DNA from: Octopus sinensis
Taxonomy: Eukaryota
Length of the DNA: 64,000 nucleotides
Direction of reading: 5' to 3'
NCBI RefSeq assembly: GCF_006345805.1
Contig: NC_042998.1
Span: 68,076,001-68,140,000, forward strand
In this document: positions 1 through 14,137 of the stretch, in pieces
Position numbering within the stretch: position 1 is the stretch's first letter
Layout: every line of letters begins with the position of its first letter
The notes under the pieces: model-generated
Database searches by the model: none
Told to the model about the DNA's origin: nothing
Seen by the model: the letters and a program-made list of their open reading frames with translations, nothing else
Position numbers and translations under genes: made by a program

Positions 1-244
1 TGAAACCTCCCCCAAATGAGGCCTTATTCTTTCAATAATAAATCGCATTTTGGATAATATATTCCAGCTTATACTATATCTGAAACGAAACAAGGGATTC
101 TCACATATGGAATGCCTTTCAACGAAGTTCCGCTCGATATGGGCGGTCACAGGAGTATACAGGAAACCTTCCATTAAAACTGATTTCTGCAAGATAACGT
201 GTTAGTGGATCGACAGTTTCTCAGCATTCCTGATTCGTATTTTC

Positions 245-650
245 CATTTCTGTGTGTCATCGATGACGTTTTAAGCTCTTCGATAATGAATTCGAGTGTC
301 TTCTAGCAACTGATTGATGTTTTTTGCTGTTCTACTCTTCCCCGTTTATCATGAAAAGAATGCCAGAGATCTCCAGTTTCTATCTCCTTGTTACGTCAGC
401 AGTGACCAATAAATCTCAGCCTGTACTTTCGTATTGTCTCTGTGATATATGGAATGACTTGCTATAACTTTATTATTCAAGTGGTGATGCAACGAGATAT
501 TTAGAACAGCTCGATGCATTCTCGCGTACGTGTCATTTAGAGTTTTGTTCATGGGAACTGCATGTGTCCATGTTATTGAACCATAAAATAAAACTGTTCT
601 AACTGCAGCTCTGAACAAGTCTATTTTAGTTTTGCGCGAAAGATTAGATT
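245..650 (-). mobile_element. Degenerate 3' ORF fragment of an RTE/RTEX-like LINE
   Basis: ORF 391-618 FRAAVRTVLFYGSITWT...LNDTYARMHRAVLNISLHHHLNNK resembles the post-RT motif LFRA.VESVLLYGSETWT...LDG.YTRMLRA.LNISW. Downstream IIEELKTSSMT resembles the C-terminus of these elements. Confidence 0.6.
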
Positions 651-883
651 TTCATATCATATACAAGCAAACAAAATACAAGAATTATAATCATTACACT
701 TCCTCTCCAATAATATTGGACATTGGATCTTGTCCTGCAAACGTAACGTATTTCAGGATGCTCTGCTATACTCCCAATGTTTAATATAATATTAACGGCT
801 TTTACTCTCCATATAGCGTTGATTATTTTTAGGGCAGTATTGATATTATTCGTATAATAAATGATTTTTATTTATATCTGTAG

Positions 884-1073
884 CAAACTAACGGAGAATG
901 GAACGGTTTGGTGCGATCCATACTGGACGATAAAGCAGATTTTATCATGACTTCAATGAAAATTACTCCAGAACGTAGTAAAGCCGTCGACTTCACCGTA
1001 CCATTTTTGGAAACAGGCATCACCATTATTGTGGCCATTCGAGAAGGAGCTGTCTCACCAACTGCCTTTCTAG
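884..1073 (+). CDS. Nmdar2: Internal coding exon of an NMDA-type ionotropic glutamate receptor subunit 2 (GluN2/Nmdar2-like), S1 ligand-binding segment
   Basis: Acceptor ...tatctgtag|CAA at 883/884 and donor CTAG|gtaaat at 1073/1074. Translation QTNGEWNGLVRSILDDKADFIMTSMKITPERSKAVDFTVPFLETGITIIVAIREGAVSPTAFL(E) matches the GluN2 motif GxWNG...AD..TI..ERS.VVDFSVPF.ETGI..V....G.VSP.AFLE. Confidence 0.92.
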
Positions 1074-1274
1074 GTAAATCAAACTTATGTCTCTTTTGCT
1101 TATAATAACACTTGTTTGCATTATTTTTCTATTAAACTTACAATTACTATCTGTACACACGTTTTATAATTCAGTTGTGTCTATATATTTGATACTTCGA
1201 ACAAGTGGGTCTTCAACTTTTACTAACTCAATAACCCTCTTTTAAATATTTATATATATATTTTTTTTTGTAAA

Positions 1275-1580
1275 AGGCGCGTGGCTTAGTGGTTAGGGCG
1301 GTCGGCTCACAATCGTACGGTCATGAGTTCATTGTGTCCTTCAGCTAGACACTTTATTTCTCGTTGTTACAGTCCACCAGGCTAACAAAAATAAATAGCA
1401 TCTATTTTCGAAAGGTCGACCTTGTTACATTCTGTGTCACACTGAACCTCTGCGAGAACTACCTTAATTTTACGCGTGTTTGTGCAGAGCTTAACCACTT
1501 GCACGTGACTTTCAGAAGCAGGCTGTTTCATTGATCGGGTCAACTGGATCCCTTGTTGTCGTAACCGACGGAGAGCCAGT
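1275..1580 (+). mobile_element. tRNA-derived SINE family C (MetaSINE-like core), representative copy
   Basis: tRNA-like head ggcgcgtggcttagtggttagggcg..gagttc followed by core tgtgtcctt..gacactttatttc..ccagtccac.cagct. Related copies lie at about 11609-11930(+), 20305-20460(+), 34207-34545(-), 35030-35150(+), 49500-49888(+) and 59060-59283(-). Confidence 0.7.
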
Positions 1581-1889
1581 GTGATCGTTTTATTCTAATA
1601 CTGAGATCCACTTAACAATTAATTCTTTCCTCTGAGAAATACTTCTCAGATTTTGTTTACAGTAAATGTTGTCTTGTGACACATGCCTTGTAAGCGTTTC
1701 CTATGACAGTCTTTTTTCTTTTATTCGTTTCAGTCATTTGACTGCGGCCATGCTAGAGCACCGGCTTTAGTCGAACAAATCGATCCCAGGACTTATTTTT
1801 TGTACGCCTAGTACTTATTCTATCGGTCTCTTTTGCCGAACCGCTAAGTTATGGGGACAAACACAGACAAGAAACATATACATATATAT

Positions 1890-2079
1890 GCTTTTCAAAA
1901 TTTGACCTCGTGTGTACCGTTGGCGATTTTTTTCCTCTGTCTTGCTATCCTATGTTTCCGACGAAGAGCTCCGCTCGAAACATTAAACCCTCCTTCTTTC
2001 CTGAGCGTCCAATAATACTATATTTGTTCCACGTCCTCGCGTTGTGTTTTTTTGTGCTTTCTTGTTTGGATTAACTTTA

Positions 2080-2085
<6 letters not shown>
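1890..2085 (+). mobile_element. Penelope-like pseudo-LTR fragment with hammerhead-like motif, nested in a SINE A copy
   Basis: Shares gtttccga.ga.gagc..gctcgaaac...aaac...ttcctgagcgtc..taatac...ccacgtcctcgcgttg with 27247-27430 and 41600-41830, and ends in (TA)n. Confidence 0.6.
1954..1988 (+). ncRNA. Minimal type I hammerhead-ribozyme-like motif (variant core CCGACGA)
   Basis: GUUU-CCGACGA-A-GAGC ucc GCUC-GAAA-CAU-U-AAAC. Helix I is GUUU/AAAC and helix II is GAGC/GCUC. Confidence 0.5.
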
Positions 2086-2155
<70 letters not shown>

Positions 2156-3189
2156 GACGGGCTTCATTCAGTTTTCATCTACCAAATTCATTTACAATGT
2201 TTTTGTCGGCCCGAGGCTATAGTAGAAGACATTTATCAACGGTGCCAAGCAGTGGGACTGAACGCGGAACCATGTGGTTGGTAAGCAAGCTACTTATCAC
2301 ACAGTTACTACTGCGCTTATATTACTATTAATGTAAGGCATCTACCGCTACAGGGAAACTTACCCTTAATCATATACTCTTCAAATTCACAACAATTCAA
2401 ATATTCAGCTCATAAGGGCCGGTTTTCCGGATTCCTTGGCGTATAGGTTCCCCACCTTGACGGGACGCCGGTCCGTCGCAATGTGCATCCACCAGAGTTT
2501 ATGCTTGTTTATAAATTTTCTATTTGTTATTTCCCCAATGCAAATATTTCAAATGCGAAACATACTTAGGTTATAGATATTTTGCTAGGTCTTGGCCACG
2601 CACACATACTTTATAGTGAGGTACATCTATATTTGATTCAATATACCAAGTTTCCCTACTTTTACCAAAATCCATAAATCCATAAATGCCTTGCAAAACT
2701 TTTTCAAATATTTCGCTACGCTTTCAGAATATTTTGTGACTCGATTTGGGTGGAAACCTATAGGTTGGAAACCGTTACATTAAACACTTTGAAATCTGGT
2801 ATAAACACTGAATATTTGAATTTTTGTGAATTTGAAGGGTATATGATTAAGGGTACGTTTTCCTGTTGAAGCAGATGCCTTACATTGATAGCAATATTGG
2901 TTTCTAATTCTGCACAAAGCCAGCAATTTCGGTGGTTGAGGTAGTTACGTCGATCTTCAGTGCGCAACTGGTACTTATTTTATCGACCCCACTACCAAAG
3001 GCAAAGTCGACCTTGGTGGAATTTGAACTGAGGATGTAAGTACGGGTGAAATGCCGCTAAACATTTTGCTCAGCGCAGTAACGATTCTGCCATCTCGCTG
3101 CTTTGTTGTCTTGACAATAATATTACTCTTCAGGTGTGGACTACAACTTACACTTATGTCGGGCAATATGACGGGCTCTTCACATATTA

Positions 3190-3480
3190 TATCCTATTAT
3201 CAGGGGCCTATATCTAGCACCGTTATCCTCCACTAGGCTCTTCACCATGATTCATCGTCCACTGGCCCGGTTCCCAGAGGATAATTTGATTAGTCGACAA
3301 CTCTGCGTATCACAGATATTGACCGTCAACATACAGACAGCTTCCCTACTATCCTATTGATCAGTTGAGGAAGGTCATTATAGATTTGTTCATTTGTCAC
3401 TTTCTCTGTGTCGATGATGTCAAAGCTAAATTGAACCCATTCTGCCACGCAACAAAAGCAATTCCTTTCACCAACACCAT
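3190..3480 (-). mobile_element. Second, more decayed RTE-like LINE 3' fragment
   Basis: EKVTNEQIYNDLPQLINRI resembles the post-RT motif ..VTNEQLYGDLP.IS..I. Confidence 0.4.
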
Positions 3481-4849
3481 GCATGTTAAAGCAAAAACAT
3501 GCCCATTTCTTGTCTTTATAAATCATTAACTTTATTGCTAGTGAAAACTCCATATTCCTATCTTGCAAGTCATTATATTTTCCATTACATAGTTGTCCCC
3601 ACTGACTATCTGGACAAGAATTATCATTAAATTCACTGATTTTTCTATTTGCTACAAGTCTAATTTGAACTGATTAAACATTTTTTATCGCTTCATTAAT
3701 TATGTTAGCTCTCATGTAACGGTACTTTTTTATAACCAACTGCAGTAAAACACCGGTAGCTTTTGACGAATCTCGGTTTTTAATCGATGGCGATTCTCGT
3801 TGAGGTCATTGTAAATTCATTTATTTTACTTTCGTTTTTTTTATGTTAAGTTATTTTGTTTGAACGAATAATTCTAATGTGTTGTGGAAATAAGAGAATA
3901 CTAACGTATTGGACAAAACTATTCTCCGGGGAATCGGGAAACTTTCTGCCTAAATAATCTAGAATTCTCGTCTAACAGCACTCGTTATTAACTTTATCCT
4001 ATATTTGATATTTTTTAAACTAATTTTTGCCAACACAGAATACAAGTCCTCACTTTATTTTCGGGCTTTTTTTTTTTTACTTTGAATTAAATTCACATCA
4101 CCCTGTGCCATTAATTCTTTTCATAAAGGCAACACTTTCATGGTATTTTATTTCCTTTCTGCTATAAATCTGAAGGCTTTTAAGGATCAATGGAATCTCT
4201 ATTAGCATTCATTTTTCTTCTTTTATAACAGCGACAGTGTTGAATTATTCAACCTCTGCATTCAGCGAGAGAACATATAGCTAAGAAAAAAGAGTGCGAG
4301 AGCGAAGTCAACCAAGGAAGTTCTATGCGGTCACTTGACCAGCTGGAAATAGCAGTCAAATGTCATTCATATAAAACCCTAAGATAACCATGTTAAAAAA
4401 GAAAGCGATGGCATATTGAATAATGCATTTTTTGATTACTCTAGCTGGTGCGAATGTTCGGGTTAGACTACATTTGGGTATACATCTGAATGATCAAGAA
4501 TAACCCTGGGACTAAACGAGAATGACAACAGCAATGATAATGCAGTAGATCGCATGGTAGTCAGTAAATCGCTTGCTGTGCCCAGCTCTGCACGGAATTT
4601 AACGGAACTTTTGAATTTCCTTGAGTCTAAGACAAGTCAGATACTCTTGAAATAAAGCTAGGCCATTTTTGACAAGTGTTTATAAATGTTGTAAGCTATG
4701 AAAATTTCGATAATCATAAAGATTTATTGCAATGAGGCCATTCGGCGCTGCTGTTTGGACGCTGACGATTTAGTACGGTTGACAAGGCATTCAATCTTCT
4801 TTGAGACAGTACTTCTTGGCGTTGAACGAAAATGCACACACACGCATAC

Positions 4850-4901
<52 letters not shown>

Positions 4902-7223
4902 TGCGTGCGTGCATACACACAAACACGTATGTGTGTGTATGTGTATGTATATATCAGGGACGTGCCGCCTAGGTAGGCAAGGCAGGCAGTGCTTACCTTG
5001 AATAAAATAGATCGAGAGCAACATTTTCCTTATATGGCAAAATATGCACTAAATTCAATAAAATTATGAAAGTTACTCTGATCACTATGCATAAAATACA
5101 AAATATATATATTTTTTTAGATTAGGTAGGCATAATTAACCTCTGCTTTTCAATCTCAGTATTTAAGCTATGCATAGTACTGCTGTAGTACAAGTGCTGT
5201 GTACATTCCTACAACACCGTTTTCTTTATGTGCTCTAAAGGCAGAAGTAAATCTGCCTTCAACTCAGTCGTGCGACTGTGCTTCCCTTATTTTGTGTGTG
5301 TGTTTTACTACATGAAGGTCACCAGCTGCTTACACTGAGTAATTAAAACGATTGCCTTCCCTACAATGTCCGTCTATCAAATTCATTTACAAAACCAAGA
5401 AGATACACAGCCATGTCTGCGTTTGTAGCCGGCATTTATTTTAAAAGTCTATCCACTGGTCGAAAGCGTCGGTTAGATAATCTGATTCGATCTAATAGAT
5501 TGAAACATGCTCATAACTGTCCTCCTTGCTCATAAATAACGATCAAGAATACTTTACCTAAAAGCTAAATAAGTTTGTGAAATTTATTCCTAATATCTTG
5601 AAATTACCTTTGCCTTTCTCTTTAAGACATGATAACAATTGCCGTCAAATACTTTACTTACTTCCGACAAGAATCAAAGAAATTTCAATTACTAAAAGAG
5701 TTTGTTTTTGTTGTTGTTTTTTTTCTTTTTTCCTGCGACATTTAGTACATACGATTACAAAGAATATTATTTATTTCAGAGATTTCTCCAAACTGCGGCT
5801 TTAAGCTTGCAAGCGTTGATGGATAGTTTACATCCCCCATAACATAGTGGTTAATCATAAGTAGTTATAGTATAAATCTCAGGTTTAAAATAAGTACTAG
5901 CGTTGATGTATGTAATCAACAAAGTCATTCAGGGCTGTGATCCAGCATTGCTAGAGTCTAACGACTGGAGCTCAGAGATTGCTTGAATACACAAGGTAGT
6001 CTGTAAAATCCTGTATGTCTACGTGTCTTAACAGCAAGAAGCTATTAGTAGTTCTTATCTCTATACTGGGAACATTATCTCTCACTGGATTGAATATATT
6101 TTTGTTGATCTTACCTTAACAGAACAGTACATAATACTACATAAAATAATATTTGTAAGGAGCTTCTTTTCTCCGGCGACAATTTCGGCAGCGAATGTCT
6201 TTCAGTGTCCGAATCCCCAAAAATGTCTTAATTACAACTGTTCGCATCTATATGTCTATATTGATTAGCTAAGAGGCTGCTTCGTGCACCTCTAGATAAT
6301 AAATACATCCAATATTTCTAAATTCTTTAAAAAGTCGTTTACAGGTCAGATCCAATTTTTAATTCTTATTTTTAAATTTATAGTAGTTCTATATTTTGTA
6401 TTTTTTTAAAACATAATTGTATTGCTCTGTAATATAATTTTCTTTATTGCTGCCATATTAGAATACATCTAATTCAATGTGGACTTCAAATATGAAACGA
6501 TTTTCCAACCCTGGTCTACAATGTTGGGAAATTACCAAGAAATGTCCCCAGTCAGAAATCCGTTTCTGCTTACGAAGTGAAATTAACCTCATCATTGTTC
6601 CGCTAAATCAACGATGATAGATTTGACTGTAATATTTCCTGCGGGTGGTATGTCTGAGTATTTGATCTCAGTCATTATTGATGTGAAGTAAAATATGTCT
6701 TTGGATTGAGATAAATCTTTTTTTTTTTTTTAATAATTATGTCTTCAACGCGCACATAGCTGCGTGCTAGTTTGTCCATGTCACAATCAAGAGAACATCA
6801 AATTCCAGTGAACTCTTCTGTGATAACACAAAAATCAAAGAACGACATTGGTATTTAAACTAAGGAACCTAGGCACTAAAATATTCCACTACAAAGTGCT
6901 GCTGTAGAGATAATGATCGTTATAATGAGGATGTGGTCAAGCTTAATAATTAACAGAATTAAGGAAAGGTTTGCCGTGTGTAGTTATTACAAAGGTTTCG
7001 CAGGAATAACATTAAACCAAGACACAAATGAAAAGAGTGCGGATATGATTACATTATAATCTTTATACTCTGATATGCAAGTGTGGTTATGCGATGTGTG
7101 TGATGTGTGTGGTGTGTGTGGTGGTGTGTAGGGGTAGGGTAGATCTTTCCTTGGTCGAATGTCTCTGTTGTTATTGATTTCTACGTTATTAATTCATAGT
7201 TGTTACTATAAATTTGTCTTTTG

Positions 7224-7277
<54 letters not shown>

Positions 7278-7359
7278 TATATATATATATACATATGTAT
7301 GTATGTATATATATATATATATAGATATATATATATATATATATTTAAATACACACACA

Positions 7360-7458
<99 letters not shown>

Positions 7459-7944
7459 GCCTATACACATATATACTTACATGTCTTGTTTTTAAGTATG
7501 TTTAAGATTATATTTCCGTGTGTAGGAACAATGAATATATTTCCTACTACGTGTGTGTATATATTCACACGCGTACATATTTGAGCGTATCAGTAACAGA
7601 CGTTGTGTGTGGTTGTGTGTGTGTTTGCGTGTGTGTGTATGTGTGTGTTTATGTGTGTGTGTGTGCTTGTCACAAAGTAAAAGTTGCGGCCATCAGTCAT
7701 TGCATAGTTAGTTATACATATCGTATTATGAATATTTTCTCAGACATATTTCTTTCCATTAACCCGTCAAGTTATCTATATCTCTGTTTTGACTGAATAC
7801 AAGAATGAAGGGCAGAACCCGTGGAATTATTTAGAGGGTGTCCGTGCCTTTAGATTCAAGGGGAGGAAAATTGCATGGACTACTGCAGTGCAGAATAACT
7901 TTAGTTATTTATCTGCTTATGTATGTTAATACTGAACTTATTGC

Positions 7945-8015
<71 letters not shown>

Positions 8016-8147
8016 ACTTCGGATTTGCGTGTGAAAGTGTGCGTATCTGTATGTGTATATATGTGTGGTCATAACAGTTTATTGGTTGAACAGAGTGGCA
8101 ATCAGCCAATCAAATATTCCATTGTTTATAAGTTGTTCCCATTATAA

Positions 8148-8527
8148 GGCGCAGGCGTGGCTGCGTGGTAAGAAGCCTGCTTCCTAACCACATGATTCTG
8201 GGTTCAGGTCCGCTACAATGCACCTTGGGCAAGTGTCTTCTGCTATAGCCTCGTGGCGACCAAAGCCTTGTGAGTGGATTTGGTAGACGGAAATTGAAAG
8301 AAGCCCGTCGTATATATATATATATATGTATGTATGTATATGTTTGTGTCTCTGTGTTCCCCCCCCCCACTATCGCTTGACAACAGATACTGGTGTGTTT
8401 ACATCCCCGTGACTTAGCAGTTCGGCGACTGAGACCGACAGAATAAGTAATAGGCGTACAAAGAATAAGTGCTGGAGTCGATTTGTTCGACAAAAGGCAT
8501 GAAATGACTGAAACAAATAAAAGAATA
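8148..8527 (+). mobile_element. tRNA-derived SINE family A, representative full-length copy
   Basis: Head ggcgcagg.gtggctg.gtggtaag..gcttgctt..caaccacatg.ttc.gggttcag, internal (TA/TG)n, tail gatagaataagtactaggcttacaaagaataag...gtcaaatgactgaaac. Other copies lie at about 1718-2317(-), 19149-19546(+), 19885-20260(+), 20930-21322(+), 43637-44040 plus 45505-45542(-) and 56556-56876(+). Confidence 0.85.
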
Positions 8528-9150
8528 TAAAAATATATGTCATTTTATAAGAAAACAAAGTCTCAACAGGTTGGCCCCTATCAAATGCGCCAAGGACCAA
8601 GTGATGATGCAAACCAGTAGATGGTTTACTCAACCACTCATATATACGTATCGTAGCAGAACTGCATAGGTGCATGTCTTAATGTTAGAGTATTTGGTTC
8701 ACGATCGTAAGTTCGATTTTTGGCGGAACACTCGTCATTGAAACCAACGGAGTGCCACTTAAAGGCGAATCAACGGGTGAACGTACAAGAGATCTCTTGA
8801 TCTACAATAAACAGCAGCCGCATCTATTTCAAATCACACGCTATCACATTATATTTCAAATATTTTGATCAGTGAGAAGGTACACCCATGTCCTTCAGAG
8901 GACAGCCATAATTGCAAATTCGGTTTAGTCCAGTTTGAACAGATACATTGGGTGGTCATTCTTGGAATGCTTTTTTGCCATATGCTTCCTGATCCAGGAC
9001 TGACTTGAGACTAAACAACAAGCATATAAACGGGAACTGTGTTTTTTTTTTTGATAGTTTTTTTTTTAACTGCAGCGTTGTGTTCAGTTCGTTTGATATG
9101 AACTGTAAAACGCTGTTTCCGGCGAGTGACTGTAACAAACATGCAGATTA

Positions 9151-9222
<72 letters not shown>

Positions 9223-9834
9223 TCTTTCTGCCAATAAATTTTGGTGGCAGGCGACTACTCGATTACATGGACCACAATGCTCAGCTGTTACTTATTCCAA
9301 AGCATAAGAGACAATAGGCACAGCGGGCTAGCAGAATGGTTGGAGCGTCGAACAAAATACCATGCTTTCATCTTCTGACTATTTACGTTCTTAGTTCAAT
9401 TGACGCCGGAGTCAAATTCTGTCCTCATCGGGGTAAATAAAATAAAGTAGAGTACTTCTTGTACTGGGGTCAATTTAATCGACTAACCCCACCCTCTAAT
9501 ATTGCTGATCATGTGCCAAAATTTGAAACCAGTATTGTAGCTGCTGCTGCCGTTGCTGTTGTTGTTGCTGTTGTTGTTGTTGTTGTTGTTGTGTTGTTGT
9601 TGTTGTTGTTTATGTATGATTGAAGGAAATACAATTTCTGAGGATAGTAAATAGAGAAATAATTTCAGATTTTATGTACAAATAATTTCAAATTTTCTCG
9701 TATGGCTTTCTTAGATGTATTCAGTAATTTTGATGTGTTTGTCTTTCGAAAATTACAAATCTAAACATCACATTCTTTAGAATGTATGTAGAACTAAGTG
9801 TCCATACTGTTAGACGAAGACTAGAAATAATAAT

Positions 9835-9869
<35 letters not shown>

Positions 9870-10919
9870 GATCTTGGCAGAACGAAATACAGATGTGTAC
9901 ATAGATATACAAATAAATATTAATCATGCGTAATCACTAAAGTTTCTTCCTTTGAGACGAGACATACTTGAGAAAGAAAGGCACAACTTACCAACATACA
10001 TTATCTTTAATTGAATAAATACTTTGACAAACACCTTTTCGTCTGTATAGTACGGCCATAAAATCTCTCGCCATTTTCTTCGGCCGTCTTGTAAATAAAG
10101 CACCTTGCTGAGAATCAAATTACTTCTTTGAATCAATAATTTACCGCTAATCATAATTTTATAAACAGCCTTTTAAAGGATCGACGTGCTCAAAGATTCT
10201 GAAGTTGCCAAGGGGCTATACAGCCATTCACTTTTCAAAGATAAATTGTAATAGCATTCATTAAGTTCGGTTTAAGACCAACTATAAAAGAAATCTTAAC
10301 ACGTGAAAACTGTTCGGTTTGTCAGCTGAACGTTTAACTCTCCAACCATATGCTTGACGAGGCCATTGACTCTGTGTACAGATATTTGAAATCACACAAC
10401 CTAATGAATGTCATCAAATACATACCCGGAGGAAAGATTATTCAAATAATTACCACAATTTTCGGGTGAAGCAGAACTGCGGGAATCTAAACTTCTCCAA
10501 TATATCTAGACAGAGAACTGAAAATACTTCTCCGCATAGAATCGCTGTCGAATAACTAAAAGAGAAACATCTGGTACAACCAAATATTCCAATCCCATTC
10601 TTACGGCCTCTGCAAGAAGCCAGAATCTTTCCTTAATTAGAAAGTGTTTTCCGAAAGGCATATTGTTAATTCCATCAGCAAGAAGAGCTACAGTTCCTTT
10701 CCAAAACAATTTAAGTGTTATAATTGAATGTGTTAGGCGGTAATACAAACGCCTATCTGCTCGATTTACAGTGACGACAAAATTTCCCGTGGTCCTTCCT
10801 TATAATACGAGAGATGAGGAGTGGCTAGGTGCTACTACGAGTATATATAGTTTTCAGCAGTAAAGTCGTTTATATAGCCTACATTTATATATATATATAT
10901 ATGTAGTTAGAGATAGATG

Positions 10920-11002
<83 letters not shown>

Positions 11003-11156
11003 GCGTGTCTATATATGAATACGTGCACGTGTATGTGTACTTTTGTGTGTACGTGCGCACGTGTATGCATGTGTGTGTGCGCGGGCGAGTATGTAGCATG
11101 CTCAACGACTTACACGTTAGTTCAAGAGCAGGTAATTCAAGTAATTAGCCACCTGG

Positions 11157-11298
<142 letters not shown>

Positions 11299-12086
11299 TA
11301 TATAAGAAAATAATGTTATAAATAGTAGCGTGCAAATATAGCGCGATACTCCATTCCAAAAACTAATTATTTCACGTTCTCGAACATTCTTATAACGTCA
11401 CTAACATACAATTCTCGCTGGTAAGAAAATAGCTTCTAATATGGAGAAAAAATTCGATGGTTTCTTTGGTCCAATGGTAGAACACCTGTCATGTTTACAG
11501 GGAATGTGGTTTCGAGTTCCGCCAGTTCTCCTCGGCATTTTGTATCAAAAGAATTTTTAACACGATATGTATTCGCCATTATTTATAACTTTATTTGCTT
11601 CGAGAAGGCGCATGGTTCAGTGTTTAGTGCGTCGGGTTCACAATCATGAGGTAGTGAGTTCGATTCCTGGACAGGGGTGTATGTTTTGTTCTTGAGCAAG
11701 ACACTTTATTTCACGTTGCTCCAGTTCACTCAGCTGGAGAAATGAATTTCGATGTCACTGGTGCCAAGCTGTATCAGCCTTTCCCTTGTACAACATCGGT
11801 AGAGTGAAGAGGGGAGGTTGGCATGCATGGACGACTTTCGAATTTCCATAAAATCTTTTCCCGGACTTGTGCTTTAAAGGGAAACTTTCTAGGCGCAATT
11901 TTACGGTCATTTATTACCGAAGGGTGTCACCTTCTTTGCTTCAATGTTCACCGATTTTAAGGGGATTATAACTACAAACTATCTGATAGGAAAAATCGTT
12001 TTGTATCGGAATAAATAACAATAATTCAAATGTAGGTTATTATAATTATGAAATGTAATATTTCGTAATTAAAGAAGAAATTTCAA

Positions 12087-13770
12087 CCGTGTTTCGTGGT
12101 CTGCTACCACAACAGCTCCAGTTAGCTCAAGGCATCATCAATGGGAAACACATCCGGTTTCGGCCTCTACTCTTCTACCGATTTGATGTGGTGCATGTCT
12201 TCTTTCTTCTTCTTTCTTCTGTTCCTTGGTCTCTTCGATGTAGCGTCAACGAGTGTCGGCGAGCGACTGACTTACTTGTCAAATTTTTTCCCTTTAAATA
12301 TCTGCTGATAGGCTCCAGCAGGCAGCCCCAGCAAGTTGTCACGTGACATTGTCTCAACTTTAACTGACCAATGAAGGCGCGTAGTCTTAGCCCACGCATT
12401 CTCTAAACGACCATCACCCGTCAGCGAAGCTAATTCAGTGTCAGCTTGTCTCACCTAGTGATGTTATTTTCCGCCGGCATGTTATGACCCTAGAGCCATC
12501 CCCGGTCTTCCCATTTCAGCCATACACAGAAGCTGACTTTTCCGACCGCTTCCTGTACTCTCCTTATTAGTTTTCTCAGCTCCGAGCTAGAAAAAACAAA
12601 TCTACTTTTGAATAGTGTTGTCATTTTTCTTTCAATGAAACCCCTAGCCCCCACTGCTAGGTAGTAATACTCGACATTCCATCCCTGTTCTCTGTACTCT
12701 TTGATTAGTTTTTCGTACCTCTTCTTTCGTTCCTCTACATTGCCGATGTTCTCTTCCCATGGCACTGTTAGTTCTAACAAAATTCCTATTCTCCGTTCTC
12801 TGTTCCATAGGACTAAATCTGGTCTTTTTGTCGTTTTTATTAATGGAAATATTACTTGTCTTTCCAAATCCGTGGCCACCTCCCAGTCTCCCTTCCATCT
12901 TTCGTCTATCTCGTATATTTTATGTGTAGGCCTGGTTTTAAATCCTTTTTCAACCTTCTGGAAGTATACTTTCCTGCGCTTTTCCACTTTTGGGTACTCT
13001 CTCCTATTATACTTCTCGATCTTCTCCTTGAGTGCTGCGCTTATGGCGCCGAGGACTTGATTATGACGCCAATTCTACCTTTCTAGTCCTAGTCTTCAGT
13101 TTGGCAGAACATGTCTAACCGTCGCTTTCTCTCCGCATCTACACTCGTCGGTCGTTTTTATGTTCCACCGGACTAAGTTCGCCGGTGACGGTAGAACGCC
13201 GAAGGGAGACTTGATCAGGAAGGATGTTCTTGCTTGTTCCCAAGCCCAAAGTTCCTTCCATGATACTCTGCGGCTAATCACCTTCTTTGTTTTCTTAGTA
13301 GATCTCGATGCCTCTTTTTTATCTCTTCATATAGCTGCTTTAGCCCTTATCTTTCCTCTTCCTTTGCATCCCTCCATCTGGTTCTGAGTTTTTTCTTCTC
13401 TTCTCGAATCTTTGCGACCCGTCTTTCTCTCTTCGATGGTTCGCTCTTTGCCGTTGATTCTACCTTCCCTGTTGTTTCCAGTCCAAATCTTTTCTCTCCT
13501 TCCTGGTAGATTGTATTAGCCAGGCTTCCGAGCTTTTGTTCGTCGTCGCCTTTGAATTTGGTGGTCATTCTTACTACCTCGTTGTCAAATTGTTTATAAC
13601 TCGCTGCGTCATTTGCTTTCGGCCACTTAATCTTTGTCCTCTTCATGCCTATCATACTTTTTTACTGTTCCAATTCAACTGTGGAATGAACCTCGCTATG
13701 GTTATTTCCCAGGAGGTTCTGGCCACACGTCTTATGGTTTATCAACCCGCGTTGTTGAATTTATAAGCCA
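12087..13770 (-). mobile_element. HERO-like (restriction-like endonuclease) non-LTR retrotransposon with the RT domain internally deleted
   Basis: N-terminal region KIKWPKAN..YKQFD..KLRTRWRDAKEEER. Then SRRVSWKELW..FLIKS..VLPSPANL..W...CRCG.KATVRHVL..WRHNQVL (zinc knuckle), then the RLE motif RPDLVLW...LELTVPWEEN....RK.RYE.L...VGARGF. No RT motifs lie between these blocks. Confidence 0.85.
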
Positions 13771-13809
13771 ATGAAAAACAACACGTAATGACAGAGAGAT
13801 AGACTATAT

Positions 13810-14137
13810 CAGGGATTCTTAACCTTTGATTACTATTTTGTCTTGGTGGGCCCCCTTAGCCATTCGATGTATAAAAATTAGGTTTATAGAAACATCTTTC
13901 AAAATTCATATTTTGTTTTTCACACATTCACTTACGTAGGCTGAACTATGCAAAATATTAGAGAAAGAAACTGAGCTGCTCTTTCTAATACATACCAATA
14001 CATATATCTAAAGCAAAAGATTTCAGGGGCCCTTAAAATACTATTGTGGATCCCCAATTTACTATTTTGTTGCATGAAACCCAAAATATTTTATACGGAT
14101 CCTGAGGGACCAAATAGACACTGACTGAGAACTACTG
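13810..14137. mobile_element. hAT-superfamily MITE
   Basis: Imperfect TIRs CAGGGATTCTTAACC / GACTGAGAACTACTG. The 8-bp TSD reads gactatat (13802-13809) and gactacat (14138-14145). Confidence 0.8.

Noticed and set aside
12128-12175. GAAAC...UGAUGA on the minus strand in the HERO 3' UTR, a possible type II hammerhead
   Set aside because: There is no room for helix I and the core is incomplete.
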